64,000 bases of DNA. Source: Octopus sinensis (taxonomy: Eukaryota). How positions within the stretch are numbered: the stretch's first letter is position 1; the number at the start of each line of letters is the position of its first letter. Shown here piece by piece: positions 60,706-64,000 of this stretch. A model generated the notes under the pieces. That model was not told where the DNA came from, did not search any database, and saw nothing but the letters and a program-made list of their open reading frames with translations. The stretch spans positions 50,096,001-50,160,000 of the forward strand of contig NC_043013.1 in assembly GCF_006345805.1 (NCBI RefSeq). Reading direction: 5' to 3'. A program made the position numbers and the translations under genes.

Positions 60706-62053
60706 GGATCTGTTCAATTTCGCTCTCAGATTTTGAAATTATTTTCTTTTAACTAAACAGCTTGAAATTTTAGATACTGATATAATTTCTCACACTGAAC
60801 ATGGTTTACTTTCAACATTTCTGACAAAATTTCATATTTCAGAAGTTATTTCGTGTTAAAGTTGTATTTGGGTAATTTTAACCAATCAACGACATATATT
60901 CAGTTGAAAGCTACTGCTGTTTGCGATAGTAATCGAAGAAGAACAACTTCTGGGTCATCTCTACCAAATGTTACCACATTGTTCTATTAGTATGCCAAGC
61001 AAAGGGCAAAGAGAAAGTATTGCTCCTTGGTCATAGCTGACTCAAAAGAGAAGCTTTCAGCTGCAAGAAAGACGATGCCACCTTTGTCCTTTCTTCCTTT
61101 CTAGTCAGCATCGCGCATTCCTTACTCTTTCCCTCTCTATTGGTAGACAGTCACTTCTACCCTATTAACTACCAACCAGCGAGCTAATTTGTCGCTGCCA
61201 CTATAGTTACTGCTGTATCTCTAACTACATGTCAGGCAAACAAATAAATATATGTAAATAATATTTCTTCCTTCTTGGTGTTGATTCTTTAATGGTTACT
61301 CTGACATGAGAACCAAAAAAAAAAGAAAAAAAGAAAGCATGTAATATGCAACACAAGCAGTAAACAAAAATAGGCACAGGAGTGGCTGAGTGGTAAGTAG
61401 CTTGTTTACCAACCACATGGTTCCAGGTTCAGTCCCACTGCATGGCACCTTGGGCAAGTGTCTTCTACTATAGCCACAGGCTGACCCAAGCCTTGTGAGT
61501 GGATTTGGAAGAGGGAAACTGAAAGAAGCCCGTCGTATATATGTATATATATATATGTATGTGCATGTATGTTTGTGTGTCTGTGTTTGTCCCATCCAAC
61601 ATCGCTTGACAACCGATGCTGGTGTGTTTATGTCCCTGTCACTCAGCGGTTCAGCAAAAGAAACTGATAGAATATGTACTAGGCTTACAAAGAATAAGTC
61701 CCGGGGTCAAGTTGCTCAATTAAAGGCGGTGCTCCAGCATGGCCACAGTCAAATGACTGAAACAAGTAAAAGAGAAAGAGAAAAAAGAGAGAGAGTGGGG
61801 ACATTTAGTAGAGATGACCTGGATGTTGTTCCTCTTCAATTCCTATTGCAAACAGCAACAGCGTTCAACTGAATACATGTTGATTGGTTAAAATTACCCA
61901 AATACGACAACTTTAACATGAAATAACTTCTAAAATACGGTTGAAAGTAAACCATATTCAACATGAGAAATTACACCAGCATACGAAGCTTCAAACTGTT
62001 TAGTTAAAAAAAATAAATAATTAAAAAATTTGTGAGCAAAACTGGACAGATTC
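60706..62053. mobile_element. Non-autonomous DNA element with ~250-bp diverged TIRs and 8-bp TSD, containing a family A SINE (61376-61797)
   Basis: 60706-~60972 is the reverse complement of ~61801-62053; TGCAATGG at 60698-60705 and 62054-62061. Confidence 0.8.
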
Positions 62054-62497
62054 TGCAATGGTACAAAATGAGAGAAAATAATAAGAAATCAAAAATTATT
62101 CATTTTGATCCAGTTACCAATTCTGCCCCACTTCTATGTAGTAAGTAATTCTAGGTGTTTGACAGACTGACGAAAAATATATGAAAAAATAAGAAAGAAA
62201 AAAGGTTCCATTTAATGAAACATTTGAAGGCAATAATTCTAAAGCTGGAAAAGAATGCTTTTAGCCATTGAGAGATGTAATTTTATAATTAAAACTGAAT
62301 TCAAAAGTTTTCTTTATTAACTTGCTTCATAAAATAAAAGTAGGTTAGAAGTAGAAGTGTGTGTGTGTGTGTGTGACTTTAACTGCTATTGGTCAAGCCA
62401 AGGTCAAGATCAGTCATGCATTGAAAGGAATTTGGCCTAGAGACTAATTTTTCAATCCCTTTATACATTCGTCCTTACACACACTCAGAGTTACATA

Positions 62498-62970
62498 TTC
62501 TGAACGCCTTACTTCCCTGGGCATGGACACATTGAAACTCTGATGTCTGGCAGCTGACTTGGCAGACACCCATAAAATTATCAACCATCTTACAAACAAT
62601 AACTCTGAGCACCTTTTCAAACTCCACCCGTCTAACACCCGTGGACATATTTACAAAGTAAGAAAACAGCACAGCTCCCATGACTTTAGGAAACATTTTT
62701 TCACGCTGAGAGTTGCTGAAGCATGGAACAAACTGCCGGCATCAGTTGTTAGTTGTCGGAGCACTGCATCCTTCAAAACTTCCATGCTTCCTGAGATTCG
62801 CTAACACTACACCTGATTTTCTCCCCTCCATACACACACGCAAGCATGTATCTGACTCATACACTGTTCACTTTCCAGACATTTGTACATTACTGCATAT
62901 GCTCTATATGCACTTTTTGACAAGTTGTGGTGCACCTGAGCACTGTATACAATAATTTCATTATTATTAT
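62498..62970 (+). mobile_element. CR1-type 3' fragment with (TAT)n tail
   Basis: ERLTSLGMDTL...RKHFFTLRVAEAWNKLPASVVSC. Confidence 0.85.
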
Positions 62971-63473
62971 AAAATAAAAGTAGGTTAGAAGTAGAAGGGT
63001 GTGTGTGTGACTTTAACTGCTATTGGTCAAGCCAAGGTCAAGCTAAATCATGCATTGAAAGGAATTTGGCCTAGAGACTAATTTTTTAATCTCTTTATAC
63101 ATTCGTACTTACACACACAACCACACACACTCACAGTTACATATATATATATATATATACACTTTCAAGAGCGTTCTGTTCTTTTCCTTTTCTCTGATAT
63201 CCCAAAAGTAGCTACAATTCCCGAGGGAATTGTAAGTGCTTTGGGACTGGGTATAAATTGTTTTTTTTAATTGAAATATCTGTTGTCTCTAACTGGCAAA
63301 ATCTATTTTTATTTATCATAAAAAGAGGACCCATCACATTTTTTAAGAAGTCAAGATGTCTTTATGTATTGAAAGAGAGCCTCTCATCCTTGATTCCTGG
63401 GAGGTTCGTGGAGGATCCCTGTATTCAGTGCTACATACCCTTCTTAGCAGGGTCCCTATAAATCTAGCCCCGT

Positions 63474-63655
63474 ATAGTGCAGCTCCAAAATAAAAAAATA
63501 TCATAAATTTTCAAATTTTTTTTATAACGTATTTATGGGGAGAAAAATATTTAAAAACATAATTATCTCCCTTTAGACAGGTAATTTCGGAAAAACCAAT
63601 GAAATACATATAATTATCTCCCTTAGACAGGTCATTTATTTTGGAGCCACGCTAT
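63474..63655. mobile_element. Small MITE with 21-bp TIRs
   Basis: ATAGTGCAGCTCCAAAATAAA / TTTATTTTGGAGCCACGCTAT. Confidence 0.6.
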
Positions 63656-63817
63656 GTCTAAGATGTTAGAAAAGGGTAGGTAAGTTTATTAGGAGAACAC
63701 GAAGAGACTCAGGACAACTTCCATTGGGTTCAGTGTAAATTTTTACACATAAATGAGCTTTTAGTTTTTTATATAGATGCTGTAGACTTTCTTCATATAG
63801 ATGGACAGACACTCTAT

Positions 63818-64000
63818 CATCTTTATATATAAAAGAAAGGTTGTGTGCTGTCTGTCTACTCCGAATTAGATTCCTAACTACTCCCACATTTTGCAGTTCA
63901 GTTTAACCAAAACCGGGTATCTTATAGTCTGATTCATATCGAGCCCTTCTGGGTATTAGCGCGCGTCTACGATGAGTCTCCGATTTTAAAAAGAATTTAC
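63818..64000 (+). mobile_element. Non-autonomous Helitron 5' part, cut by the window end
   Basis: TCTTTATATATAAAAG...GATTCCTAACTACTCCCACATTTTGC, as at 43188. Confidence 0.8.

Overview
AT-rich, repeat-dense animal genomic DNA. The SINE/RTE repeat set and microsatellites resemble octopus; that assignment is an inference from recall, not a search. Two spliced genes were reconstructed by hand, both on the minus strand. (1) A complete 7-exon CHMP5/VPS60 (ESCRT-III) gene, 31588 to 5176, 663 nt, 220 aa, all introns GT-AG and phase-consistent. (2) Six exons (56886 to 41447) of a single-pass CUB + LDLa receptor whose tail carries two PPxY motifs; its 5' exon(s) were not found. The rest is mobile DNA: a 5'-truncated but open-frame RTE LINE with a PHD-like finger and a tandem-repeat 3' UTR, many RTE/CR1 fragments, three tRNA-type SINE families, piggyBac, pogo, mariner and Tc1 relics, MITEs, Helitrons, an LTR and a 37-bp minisatellite. 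The most interesting non-coding signals are minimal hammerhead-ribozyme-like motifs (a tandem pair 387 nt apart at 2146/2533, retrozyme-like, and one at 35987-36024) and a 218-bp-arm foldback inside the receptor gene. Exon and TSD/TIR boundaries were counted base by base; other repeat boundaries are approximate.
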